Shown here one piece after another: positions 36,924-45,584 of a stretch of DNA of 64,000 nt. Made by a program: the position numbers and the translations under genes. This DNA comes from a virus (lineage: Duplodnaviria > Heunggongvirae > Uroviricota > Caudoviricetes), in IMG/VR virus record IMGVR_UViG_3300022468_000772, positions 86,224 to 150,223 of that record; one strand, given 5' to 3'. Position 1 is the stretch's first letter, and each line of letters opens with the position of its first letter. The notes under the pieces are model-generated. The model saw only the letters and a program-made list of their open reading frames with translations. It had not been told where the DNA came from and made no database searches.

Positions 36924-37859
36924 TCACAGAGTAGAGTTCAACAGATTGCGCATGTATTCCAGACGGTCTTGCTCAGGCATTACCTTAAACAATTCATCAT
37001 TACGCAGTTTTTCAATCAGAGGATAAAATTCTTCCTCAACACGAGCCATGTTCAGTGCCATGATATCAGCCTTACGAGCCACCATCTTTTGGAACAGGTA
37101 AGCCTTAGACTTGATCTTGATCATTTCACCTTTAGTGTAGTTGAAGATCACATAACCTTCATGTGGTGCCTCACGTGCCATTTTCACAGCATCTACGAAC
37201 CGCATATCAGGAATAGGGTCATACCACTCAGACACTTCAGCATACTTTGCAATTTCTTGAAAAGCAGAATCACCATAGGTCAGCATCAATCGTGCATTGT
37301 CGAACGAATAGAATTCGGTACCTTGGTAAATAATTGAGAGTAGATAAGCACCATACTTTTCAGGAATGATGTGTGGATCGTCAGGATGGCAAATCTCAAA
37401 CATATAGGTAGTTTCAGGGCACAGGGTTGATGGATCAATATCCTTCAGATACGTTTCGGCATATCCAACAAAATCAGAATCCAGAGAGCCAGTAGTACCA
37501 ATGAGCAGCTTACCGTTGTAAACACTCAAGGATGCCATGAATCCATTCACCTTGCGAGAAACACCCACAAATGTCCGTGGATGCCAGTCTACACCAGCAC
37601 CGTTTTCTTGGTAGTTGTAGATTTTCTTGAATGGTAATTGAACCACATTGAAATCAGCATCCACAACCAAACCACGGCAGTGACGCAGCATTTCGTTTTG
37701 ATCCCACAAATTGTTGAAAAATACACGACGAGTGTACTTCAGTACAGACAGACCTTGATAGCGCTTAGACTCTTTACGAGTCACCAGACGAGGATTGTTC
37801 AGAACGAATTCTTTGAGATTTTCACGGTCAATACCGTAGTTGTGCGAAGTGAGTTCCAT
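36924..37859 (-). CDS. rnlA: RNA ligase 1 (T4 Rnl1 / gp63-like)
   Basis: LRHCRGLVVD aligns with T4 LECRGIMFE; LPFKKIYNY with RPMEKFFNL; motif I SRKVNGFMASLSVYNGKLLIGTTGS with [24 protein letters not shown]. Confidence 0.7.
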   Translation of the reverse strand: MELTSHNYGIDRENLKEFVLNNPRLVTRKESKRYQGLSVLKYTRRVFFNNLWDQNEMLRHCRGLVVDADFNVVQLPFKKIYNYQENGAGVDWHPRTFVGVSRKVNGFMASLSVYNGKLLIGTTGSLDSDFVGYAETYLKDIDPSTLCPETTYMFEICHPDDPHIIPEKYGAYLLSIIYQGTEFYSFDNARLMLTYGDSAFQEIAKYAEVSEWYDPIPDMRFVDAVKMAREAPHEGYVIFNYTKGEMIKIKSKAYLFQKMVARKADIMALNMARVEEEFYPLIEKLRNDELFKVMPEQDRLEYMRNLLNSTL

Positions 37860-37864
37860 GATTT

Positions 37865-37900
37865 ACCTTTCGAGTTTCGATAAACGAATTATAACACATG
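37865..37900 (-). promoter_or_regulatory. early promoter plus leader motif (copy)
   Basis: rc: CATGTGTTATAATTCGTTTATCGAAACTCGAAAGG. Confidence 0.5.
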
Positions 37901-37903
37901 TTT

Positions 37904-38113
37904 CTAGCGTTTTACAACGGGGACACAAAATTCCTCAGTTTGCCTCTTTGCTAAAAACTGAGACTGTCCAGCAGGAATTTTTGTTTCGCATTCTTGCTTT
38001 GTTGGGTATATCTCTACATAAGTCGGTACACAAAATCGTGTACATGCAACAAAAATAAGTGCCCAACCCATATCAGAACAGAAACTTGTCTGGTGAACCG
38101 TTTTTGTAATCAT
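37904..38113 (-). CDS. small Cys-rich hypothetical protein
   Basis: 69-aa ORF. Confidence 0.3.
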   Translation of the reverse strand: MITKTVHQTSFCSDMGWALIFVACTRFCVPTYVEIYPTKQECETKIPAGQSQFLAKRQTEEFCVPVVKR

Positions 38114-38657
38114 TCCAATTTGTGGGAGTTACTTGAATGGAATGCTTACGTTTATACCAAACGTTGTCGAGTTCGCGCCATGCAGGAACATCCAGTTGAT
38201 AGAAAACACGTTCACCGGCAAATACCTTGTCTTCAACGATTTGCATCCGTGGCTTCTCCACAAGACCAAGCAATTCAATCACCACTTCCTTCGGAATATT
38301 GATTTTGACATCACCGAATTTATTGGTAATCTGAAGGTTTCCGCCATCAAGAGCTACAGTTGCTTTAGACACTCCATAAAAATCCGACTCAACTTCAACT
38401 TCAAATGTCTTGACTGTAGCATCGTCATAAACAATTTCCGGTTCTGGTTCGACATAATCTTCGAACATCACAGAATTGTAGTAACCATTAATACCTTGGA
38501 AGTATACATCGGTACTGCTACTATGAACTACCGTGTGATCCACTGTGTAAACTTGACCTTTTACAAATCCGTTTGCACGTGCATAGTCTTTTTCACACTT
38601 GTATCCACCTTCATCAAGGTAGACAACCTTGTCACCACTTTTTGCCCAGATGTTCAT
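38073..38657 (-). CDS. hypothetical protein
   Basis: 194-aa ORF. Confidence 0.45.
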   Translation of the reverse strand: MNIWAKSGDKVVYLDEGGYKCEKDYARANGFVKGQVYTVDHTVVHSSSTDVYFQGINGYYNSVMFEDYVEPEPEIVYDDATVKTFEVEVESDFYGVSKATVALDGGNLQITNKFGDVKINIPKEVVIELLGLVEKPRMQIVEDKVFAGERVFYQLDVPAWRELDNVWYKRKHSIQVTPTNWNDYKNGSPDKFLF

Positions 38658-38798
38658 ATTTTTTACTCCATTTTGTTAATTTCAGAAACAGACCTTCTAC
38701 CAAGACGATAGCGAGAATCCAGAAAGCCATAAAGACCGACACAAAGCCGACAACAATTATGCCAACGATAAAATAAACCAGATCAAACAATGTTCGCA

Positions 38799-39059
38799 TC
38801 ATACCACACGTTTACTGAATGGTTTTGAATTTGAAGTTTTGAATAATTCGAGTCGAGTTTTTGCCTCTTCCAAAGTTGCGAAAGATGCGAATTCATGTAT
38901 ATAGGATTTTCCGTACCACCAATAATTATCGTTCTGAGACATCTTGGAAGTCAGATAACTCCACCCAATATCGTTCAATTTTCGAATAACAAATTCACCA
39001 CTCCGCAACTGTGCGATATGTGGCTTGAATGGGTTGTAAAAGAATTTAAATAATTTCAT
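38799..39059 (-). CDS. hypothetical protein
   Basis: 86-aa ORF, Trp/Tyr-rich. Confidence 0.4.
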   Translation of the reverse strand: MKLFKFFYNPFKPHIAQLRSGEFVIRKLNDIGWSYLTSKMSQNDNYWWYGKSYIHEFASFATLEEAKTRLELFKTSNSKPFSKRVV

Positions 39060-39060
39060 C

Positions 39061-39306
39061 TTAACCGCTCTTTAAAAGTTGTTCATGATAGGCTTCGCGC
39101 AAAAGTTTTTGACCCTTCTTAGTCACTCTCCATGTCTTTTCGCCAATTAGCCCCAATTGTACCATAATCATTGTGATAGTGTGACCACAATGATATCCGA
39201 CAGCACGTTTAAACACTGAAGCATTCAAAAGTTCGCGTTTATCAGCACCACCAAAGTTTGTGTTGCGGAAAGCTAATTCCAATTCTTCGTCAGAGACTAT
39301 AGACAT
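39061..39306 (-). CDS. hypothetical protein
   Basis: 81-aa ORF. Confidence 0.4.
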   Translation of the reverse strand: MSIVSDEELELAFRNTNFGGADKRELLNASVFKRAVGYHCGHTITMIMVQLGLIGEKTWRVTKKGQKLLREAYHEQLLKSG

Positions 39307-39742
39307 AAATTTTTAAATCCTGTTTTTGCCACTTATCAAACATTGGTTCGATCTTACTCCAATCACACCCACCAAGACCGCACCCGATTTTAGGAATGAC
39401 AATTGTATTGAACATCTTCATGACGAATGCGAGATTACTTTCAATAGCTTCATAAGAAGCATACTGCTTTCCATCTTTTCCGTAGAATTCCTGAGTGATT
39501 GCAGACGCGAGATAGATGTCTGTTTTATAGTCTTTTGATAAAGAGCAGTCTCCGAGTCCAAGACCTGAAGCAAGATCGTCCACGTAATGTTTGAATGCTT
39601 TTGGATATCTTTCTTTAAACTCTTTAGCAACACCGCTACCCATGACACCTTGTTTGTTGCAACCATGCATGAATACTTTTCTTCCGTGGTCTTTGGAAAA
39701 ATCATGATCAAACATGTTACCTTTACGATATTCAATCTGCAT
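39290..39742 (-). CDS. macro-domain (ADP-ribose binding/processing) protein
   Basis: VFMHGCNKQGVMGSGVAKEFKERYP (compare VNAAN...GGGVAGAI) and IPKIGCGLGGCDW (compare IPxIGTGIxG); 150 aa. Confidence 0.6.
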   Translation of the reverse strand: MQIEYRKGNMFDHDFSKDHGRKVFMHGCNKQGVMGSGVAKEFKERYPKAFKHYVDDLASGLGLGDCSLSKDYKTDIYLASAITQEFYGKDGKQYASYEAIESNLAFVMKMFNTIVIPKIGCGLGGCDWSKIEPMFDKWQKQDLKIYVYSL

Positions 39743-40118
39743 AATCTTCGTCTGTGTATTCTTGAATAGCTCGGTTAATTTCAGCCTGCAAATTGCGCAG
39801 TCGTTTCATTACCGATTCGTTTACCAAATCTTCAAGTGGTTTATCCATTTTCTTGAATACGGTATCATTGACCATGCTACGAACTGTCTGTTCGCTAACC
39901 TTTGTCAACTCTTCCCGCACGGCTGCTTCGATACCATCGACACCCGCAAAATGATGTGCCATTGTGTAATTTTTTGCCTGTAAGTTGGCTTCATTCTTTA
40001 CAGCGTCTTGGAAAGCTGTGAATGTCTCATTCTGCGCAATAGCAGTAATCATCTTATGCAACAGACGATTTGCGATATCTTCTTTATCCTTATCGGACAA
40101 TTCAATTTGAATGTTCAT
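39732..40118 (-). CDS. hypothetical protein
   Basis: 128 aa from the M of MNIQIEL; RBS AAGAGG. Confidence 0.4.
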   Translation of the reverse strand: MNIQIELSDKDKEDIANRLLHKMITAIAQNETFTAFQDAVKNEANLQAKNYTMAHHFAGVDGIEAAVREELTKVSEQTVRSMVNDTVFKKMDKPLEDLVNESVMKRLRNLQAEINRAIQEYTDEDYAD

Positions 40119-40335
40119 TTTTATACCTCTTAAACAATACACCACCTGAACAATTTTCTACAAAAACTCCAATTGCTACAAATTCGCGTACTACCGGCAC
40201 CAAAGCCGTTAAAACCATTGCAAAAAAATCATATACATTAATATCACTTTTTTTTCGTTGAAAATGTACAAAAATAGCCGCCATAACTGGAATCCCAACC
40301 AACCAATAAAGAAAAAACATGATGCTTCCTTTCAA
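40102..40335 (-). CDS. small membrane protein
   Basis: Two hydrophobic helices, FFLYWLVGIPVMAAIFVHF and AMVLTALVPVV. Confidence 0.35.
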   Translation of the reverse strand: MKGSIMFFLYWLVGIPVMAAIFVHFQRKKSDINVYDFFAMVLTALVPVVREFVAIGVFVENCSGGVLFKRYKNEHSN

Positions 40336-40613
40336 AAAGAGTTTACAAATTCACGGAGTCGTTGCATTGCTTCTACTCCGCGCTGCATGACAGGATCAAA
40401 TTCCATTTTCTTCTTGTGAACTAATCGGATAATTGCTTCAGCGGAAACTTGTTGATGTTCTGTTAGGTCGTGATTGATACCAAAGTACATCAGAGCAACG
40501 GCTTTTGCACCGTTTTGAACTTGCTCATGTGTTGTTCCTGGTTCATTTGCCATTTTGAAGAATTCTCCGCTCTGCTTGTAGAATTCGTCGTATGTTACGC
40601 TGAATGTGGTCAT
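40332..40613 (-). CDS. hypothetical protein
   Basis: 93-aa ORF. Confidence 0.4.
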   Translation of the reverse strand: MTTFSVTYDEFYKQSGEFFKMANEPGTTHEQVQNGAKAVALMYFGINHDLTEHQQVSAEAIIRLVHKKKMEFDPVMQRGVEAMQRLREFVNSF

Positions 40614-40622
40614 GGATAATCC

Positions 40623-40862
40623 TTAGACGTTGATCTGAATATCGAAGCCATCAATTGTAGCACACAAACCAGTGGCGCATGCAGTAATGTCATCGCTATT
40701 GCGCATACGTTCAAGTTCAGCGAGGGCTTTCTGCACAGCAAGGTTAAAGAATACCGCACTACCTACACCGTCACGAATTTGCGCAACTGTAGTGTAGAAC
40801 GATACTTTGCCCGTGATGATTCGAACTTGGCGAGTCTTGGAGAATTTAAATGGTTTTGTCAT
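40623..40862 (-). CDS. hypothetical protein
   Basis: 79-aa ORF downstream of a promoter copy. Confidence 0.4.
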   Translation of the reverse strand: MTKPFKFSKTRQVRIITGKVSFYTTVAQIRDGVGSAVFFNLAVQKALAELERMRNSDDITACATGLCATIDGFDIQINV

Positions 40863-40871
40863 GTGTTAGTA

Positions 40872-40907
40872 CCTCTTTTGTGTTTCGATGGGAGAATTAT
40901 AACACAG
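40872..40907 (-). promoter_or_regulatory. early promoter plus leader motif (copy)
   Basis: rc: CTGTGTTATAATTCTCCCATCGAAACACAAAAGAGG. Confidence 0.5.
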
Positions 40908-40909
40908 TT

Positions 40910-41578
40910 TTAAAACATGTTGTAATATTCTCCAATATTTTTATTTGCCTTTTCTTCCCACATTTCGCGACCAGCCGATGTACGATAGATGTATTTGCGT
41001 TTGTGCCCCACAAACATCTGTAGAAAATTTGCCGACTTCTTATAGTTTTCTTTGGTCAACTCAGCGCCATTTTCCAAAATGATGTTTTCTTGATTGGTGA
41101 GAAAAACGCTCCACTCAGCAGCCAAAGAAGAAAGATCGGCATCGAGTAAAGCATTGAATTCATCAGGGACACTGATATCCATATCCCAATCACGTTGAAC
41201 ATGAACTTCGAGTGAAGTTTTTTCGATGTACTCTTGTGCGCAGTTTACCACATTCTTTTCGTATTCGGAAAAGGGTGATTGTTTGTTCAGGTCACGTGCA
41301 AAAATTCCAAGAAGAGTAGCAGAACACCGTTCATTAGCATCACTACCTGCCATTGGAAAGTAAACCAGATCATGATATGCAGCCGCCAGCAAAACGGTAG
41401 GTGATCTGTATCCGATAGACACGAGTGCATCAATCACATTTTGTGCATGTGTCGCGTTGTGGTATGGTGTTGCATGGCGCAGACGTTGCTCATGATATGC
41501 ATTGCCAAACGAATTGAACAATGTCAGGATGTTCGGTGCGTCTTTGAAAAATTGGTTTGTTTTTGTCATGATGGTCAT
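40910..41578 (-). CDS. HD-domain metal-dependent phosphohydrolase
   Basis: YHNATHAQNV ... LLAAAYHDLVY (H...HD signature). Confidence 0.5.
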   Translation of the reverse strand: MTIMTKTNQFFKDAPNILTLFNSFGNAYHEQRLRHATPYHNATHAQNVIDALVSIGYRSPTVLLAAAYHDLVYFPMAGSDANERCSATLLGIFARDLNKQSPFSEYEKNVVNCAQEYIEKTSLEVHVQRDWDMDISVPDEFNALLDADLSSLAAEWSVFLTNQENIILENGAELTKENYKKSANFLQMFVGHKRKYIYRTSAGREMWEEKANKNIGEYYNMF

Positions 41579-41581
41579 GGT

Positions 41582-41791
41582 TTATACCAGTTTAGAGAGG
41601 TAGTGTTTTTCGACCCATTCGCGCTGGCTTTGAACCATATCACGATCAAGTGGATCACCTTTGCGACCCATGGAAGACTTTTTATTTGTCTTCAGGTTGT
41701 AGTACCAGAAAGTCTGCTTGGTTTTGGTAAATCCGTAAACAGTCTCAATGACTTCGATTACGTCTGTATCAGAAAACCGGATTTGCAGCAT
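41582..41791 (-). CDS. hypothetical protein
   Basis: 69-aa ORF downstream of a promoter copy. Confidence 0.4.
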   Translation of the reverse strand: MLQIRFSDTDVIEVIETVYGFTKTKQTFWYYNLKTNKKSSMGRKGDPLDRDMVQSQREWVEKHYLSKLV

Positions 41792-41800
41792 ATTTGGATA

Positions 41801-41836
41801 CCTCTTTTGTGTTTCGTTAAACGAATTATACCACAG
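41801..41836 (-). promoter_or_regulatory. early promoter plus leader motif (copy)
   Basis: rc: CTGTGGTATAATTCGTTTAACGAAACACAAAAGAGG. Confidence 0.5.
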
Positions 41837-42225
41837 ATTCTTTTGGTACCAACAAAATAAAAGTTGTACTCATGCTGCAGGCCCGTAGAGGTCTTCGTAC
41901 TTTCTCTCTAACCACTCCACATCTTCAATCGTTGTGGGGTTGGCTGCTTCGATAAATTCTTGCAGTGTCGGCTGTGTCGGGAAAATATTCTTCAAAATAG
42001 CAAGTAAGTTCATTTTGATTTCTTTCTGTTGTTAATAAACAATGGCAAAACCTTTACCTCTGTTCTTTTTCTCTTCATATTCATCATCATCCATACTAAT
42101 GTCTTTCCTTTTGTTTTTCGTGAAGGAGAAGCGTCTTTAAAAATTCCAGTTCACTAATCTGAACTGGAATTTCCGAAACCTTTTGACCTTCAATCAAAGA
42201 TTGAAGATATTCCAGTGCAGACATT

Positions 42226-43275
42226 TTAGTACCCCCGCTTTAGCAAATAACTGTTGGAAACTGACTTAAAGGTAAAGCGATCACCCTTGTTTGACTTAAA
42301 TACAACACCTTCGCGCATCAGATTCTTCAGATCACCGATTCGGCTAGGCTCAGAAGCTGCATAGTTCAGGAAATCATCAGAAGTCATTCCACGGATATCA
42401 AAATCCGTTTCCAATACTGGCACGGTCTTGATTTGCAAAAAGTCAGCCAATGCCTGCATTTCTTTTGGTGTGTAGTATTTCTGTGCATCAATGTCATAAA
42501 CATCGAACAGACGGTATTCCCACGCACCTAGATTGTAGTAGTTGCCCTGGACAGCAGGCCCGATTGTTTCGAACTGCAGTGCAATATTAGGACAGAAACT
42601 AGCCAGCTTCTCTTTTAGATTATTAGCGAAAGCAGGCTGCGTGAAAGGTGAATTCATGATCACATCTTGATCTTCCAGCTTCAGGCGCAGGTTGCGAGAG
42701 CAGATACCAAAATCACCGTCACGTTGGAAAACAGTCACAGAGGAACCTTCAGCCTTTTCTTCGATAGTGAAAGTGGCATCGGGGTTCTTTTCCAGATAGT
42801 TTTCCACGGAACGCATGAAGTTCTGAATACGTTCTTGGTCGGTCTTTGGAATGAAGCTAGGGAATGAACCCATGGCATTCACAGGTACACGCTCTGGCTC
42901 TGGTTCCCACTTGATGATACCAAGCAGTTCCGTAACATCTAGACCTTCAACGAATTGTGTTGGATCATTGAATTCTGCAGGAATAGGTAGCAGCAAACCT
43001 TGACTCAGTGCGCCTTTCAGCTTGATGGTCTTCAGACGCTCACCGTCGATACCCTTGTAGTTCTTGGGGTATTTGTCGGCTTTGGTCAAGAATGGTGCAA
43101 TAGTGTTTGGCATCCATGAGTCACACTCACAGTAGACAACCAAGTCACCAACAGCGTACTTGTCCTTCTGGTCAATCACGCGCCACCCACCGATCCGATA
43201 CTGCACAATGCGGTCAGCACCTTCGATGGCAATTACTTCTTCAATTCGTGCAATATATGCAAGTTTACGTGTCAT
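42226..43275 (-). CDS. ATP-dependent RNA ligase, Rnl5-like (N-terminal OB-like domain plus adenylyltransferase)
   Basis: N-terminus MTRKLAYIARIEEVIAIEGADRIVQYRIGGWRVIDQKDKYAVGDLVVY parallels NgrRnl MGVRKLATIR...PIAGAEAIECCHVDGWTCVIKKGEFKQGD; motif I EEKAEGSS (KxxG). Confidence 0.5.
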   Translation of the reverse strand: MTRKLAYIARIEEVIAIEGADRIVQYRIGGWRVIDQKDKYAVGDLVVYCECDSWMPNTIAPFLTKADKYPKNYKGIDGERLKTIKLKGALSQGLLLPIPAEFNDPTQFVEGLDVTELLGIIKWEPEPERVPVNAMGSFPSFIPKTDQERIQNFMRSVENYLEKNPDATFTIEEKAEGSSVTVFQRDGDFGICSRNLRLKLEDQDVIMNSPFTQPAFANNLKEKLASFCPNIALQFETIGPAVQGNYYNLGAWEYRLFDVYDIDAQKYYTPKEMQALADFLQIKTVPVLETDFDIRGMTSDDFLNYAASEPSRIGDLKNLMREGVVFKSNKGDRFTFKSVSNSYLLKRGY

Positions 43276-43286
43276 ATTCGTTTCCT

Positions 43287-43589
43287 TTATTGGCAGCTAT
43301 ATACCTGTTTCACCTTAGTGACAGACTTTTTTGTGGGATTGAAAGAACCTTGATACCAACGCGAGTCGGATGCCAGCACGTTGCCGACAACAGCTTCACT
43401 CTTTGGGAGAACCGCTCCGAAGCATTGCTCACCCATTTTGTCTTGAATATGTTTAAACGGATCAAGACTCCAGCGACTCAGCTTGTTACAAAGTTGAACG
43501 TTGCAGGTCTGCGGAATTTGAGCAAAAGCCGATGTAGTTGCAAAAGCAGCAACTACCAAAGCCATAATAACGCGAGTTTTCATTTTCAA
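43287..43589 (-). CDS. small secreted Cys-containing protein
   Basis: Signal peptide MKTRVIMALVVAAFATTSAFA; four Cys in the mature part. Confidence 0.45.
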   Translation of the reverse strand: MKMKTRVIMALVVAAFATTSAFAQIPQTCNVQLCNKLSRWSLDPFKHIQDKMGEQCFGAVLPKSEAVVGNVLASDSRWYQGSFNPTKKSVTKVKQVYSCQ

Positions 43590-43591
43590 TT

Positions 43592-43625
43592 CCTTTTAAG
43601 TTTCGGTAGATGAATTATACCACAA
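43592..43625 (-). promoter_or_regulatory. early promoter plus leader motif (copy)
   Basis: rc: TTGTGGTATAATTCATCTACCGAAACTTAAAAGG. Confidence 0.45.
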
Positions 43626-43968
43626 TTTCTGGGCCGTAGTATTGTCCGGTATAAACAATTTCAGTTCTAGGCTCACGTTTGGAGTAAAGATTTGGAAATT
43701 CTTTGATGTTATCTAAGTGTTTACGAAAATAAACCTTTTGTGGCTCATCTTCGGTATGCCACCACAAACATTTATCATCATCCTCGGGGTCTAGCCAGTA
43801 GCCATCCGCCAATTTGATTCTGTTTTCAAAACTAGCAATCCTGTATTCTGTGGTTTCATCCCAAGTTGGTGTCGTTGCGGCCAACCATGCACCTGTTAGC
43901 TCACACTGATATTCGATCACCGCACCATCAGCCCATGCCTTGATCAATTGTCGATGTTTATTTGCCAT
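43615..43968 (-). CDS. hypothetical protein
   Basis: 117-aa ORF, Trp-rich. Confidence 0.4.
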   Translation of the reverse strand: MANKHRQLIKAWADGAVIEYQCELTGAWLAATTPTWDETTEYRIASFENRIKLADGYWLDPEDDDKCLWWHTEDEPQKVYFRKHLDNIKEFPNLYSKREPRTEIVYTGQYYGPEIVV

Positions 43969-43971
43969 GGT

Positions 43972-44298
43972 TTAGTCTTTCTTGACAGGAATAACAGGAG
44001 TATTCAATATTGCAAACAGTGCGTCAAAGGTTCCGCGCAAAAGATTTGGTGCAGAAACAAACACAGCTTTTAGCAAATTTACAACAGGTGTTACTGTCTG
44101 CAGAGTGTAAAGAACAATATCACCAACAGTGTAACGTGAATAGTTTCGAGTGCGTTCATTAATATCACTGCGAATATCGATGTACGATTGTTTAATCGCA
44201 TCAATTGCAGTAATCACCAGCGGAACCCAATACAGCAGGATGCCGAGTAGAGAGTTAAATTCAAAATCCAATATAAATTTGGGGATATATTCAGTCAT
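43972..44298 (-). CDS. membrane protein
   Basis: Two hydrophobic segments. Confidence 0.4.
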   Translation of the reverse strand: MTEYIPKFILDFEFNSLLGILLYWVPLVITAIDAIKQSYIDIRSDINERTRNYSRYTVGDIVLYTLQTVTPVVNLLKAVFVSAPNLLRGTFDALFAILNTPVIPVKKD

Positions 44299-44548
44299 TT
44301 TTCTTTCCTTTTATAACGGTGAAATCTAAGTTTATTACTCTGTTCAAAACATGCTTGTTGTCTAAAACCCACGACATGTTGAGAATTGGTAACAAAGATA
44401 TAGCAGTAGCTAACAATATCTCAAAAAACGTGATATCTTTTCCACGTTCATGCTCTTCTTTGAATTCAACATAACAGATGATAGCTGAGAATATAACAGG
44501 CACCACATAGAAAAGAAAAGCGGTTAAGCCAATAAGAAATAGTAGCAT
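44291..44548 (-). CDS. membrane protein
   Basis: Three hydrophobic segments in 85 aa. Confidence 0.4.
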   Translation of the reverse strand: MLLFLIGLTAFLFYVVPVIFSAIICYVEFKEEHERGKDITFFEILLATAISLLPILNMSWVLDNKHVLNRVINLDFTVIKGKKND

Positions 44549-44578
44549 ATGGTTTTCCTTTTTAATTCAATTAATTGA

Positions 44579-44854
44579 TTATAACAAAGAAATTTCTTTT
44601 TCGATCATAGTCTTTGCCAGTTCGATATCTTTTTGATTCAGACATTCCAATATCTCACGAAGCACCACCTGACCCGTTTTTGCAACACAACGTGCAACGA
44701 CAGGATCAAACTTACCAAGGTGAAGGCGAAACCATCCACGCTCATACAGATTGAATTCTGTAGCCATGGGCAGAGGCAACCCACGAGAGCGGCATGTATG
44801 CTCTACCAAGTTGCCAAATTGCATGTGGATGTTTTCTAGTTTACCGTCTTTCAT
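44579..44854 (-). CDS. hypothetical protein
   Basis: 91-aa ORF. Confidence 0.4.
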   Translation of the reverse strand: MKDGKLENIHMQFGNLVEHTCRSRGLPLPMATEFNLYERGWFRLHLGKFDPVVARCVAKTGQVVLREILECLNQKDIELAKTMIEKEISLL

Positions 44855-45045
44855 GATACCAAGCCCATGATAATACCCCAGATAGGGAAAAAGACGCCAA
44901 TGATGCGAGAAACCAACAGAATACTATATTCTTCTGTTTTGAATGCAGCCACAATTCGAAGTATGTTTGTAATGTAGAGTAGAACCAGAGCAACCAGAAC
45001 CAGCACTATGATACCCACTCCGACCATGCCAAAAAATTCGTTCAT
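44851..45045 (-). CDS. small membrane protein
   Basis: Two hydrophobic helices in 64 aa. Confidence 0.35.
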   Translation of the reverse strand: MNEFFGMVGVGIIVLVLVALVLLYITNILRIVAAFKTEEYSILLVSRIIGVFFPIWGIIMGLVS

Positions 45046-45542
45046 TGCACACCCAACACTTTCTTTTCTTCGTCGGTCAACTTACTGATTGCTGTATTGC
45101 GGATTTCGCGAACACGAGCAGCTTCGGCTTCAGCCGCACGTTTTGATTCAAGCATTTGTTCCAGTATGATTTTTAACTGCTCAAAATCGTGTTCAAATTG
45201 TTCAAAATCTTTTTTTGTATAACCACACAGCAATTTTGAAAAACAGATATTGTTAAAATCACCCCACAGGTAATAAAAGATATCTAGAGAATCGAAATCA
45301 ATCGAATCTTTTTCCGACCAGTTATAATCACCGATATGTGGCGCACCAGCTTGAACTGCAATAAACTGCATATGTTTTGCAGTTTCCAAAAGATTCAAAA
45401 CCATAGATGGGCGATTTTTCTCAAATTCAGCTTGCTCTTGTTGCTGTCGCAAAATATTTTTCTGACGATTTTCTTCATCGACCCGCTTACGTTCAGTACG
45501 TGCTGCAGCCAATTCTTCGGGAGTTTTCTTTGTACGAGCCAT
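45042..45542 (-). CDS. hypothetical protein
   Basis: 166-aa ORF downstream of a promoter copy. Confidence 0.45.
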   Translation of the reverse strand: MARTKKTPEELAAARTERKRVDEENRQKNILRQQQEQAEFEKNRPSMVLNLLETAKHMQFIAVQAGAPHIGDYNWSEKDSIDFDSLDIFYYLWGDFNNICFSKLLCGYTKKDFEQFEHDFEQLKIILEQMLESKRAAEAEAARVREIRNTAISKLTDEEKKVLGVQ

Positions 45543-45548
45543 GAGATA

Positions 45549-45582
45549 CCTTTCGTGTTTCGATAAACGAATTATATCAGAA
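45549..45582 (-). promoter_or_regulatory. early promoter plus leader motif (copy)
   Basis: rc: TTCTGATATAATTCGTTTATCGAAACACGAAAGG. Confidence 0.45.
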
Positions 45583-45584
45583 AT

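Noticed and set aside
41873-42222. Three sub-50-aa minus-strand ORFs between 41582..41791 and the Rnl5-like ligase
   Set aside because: Each has a start and stop but is below any confident size and has no recognisable features; left unannotated.
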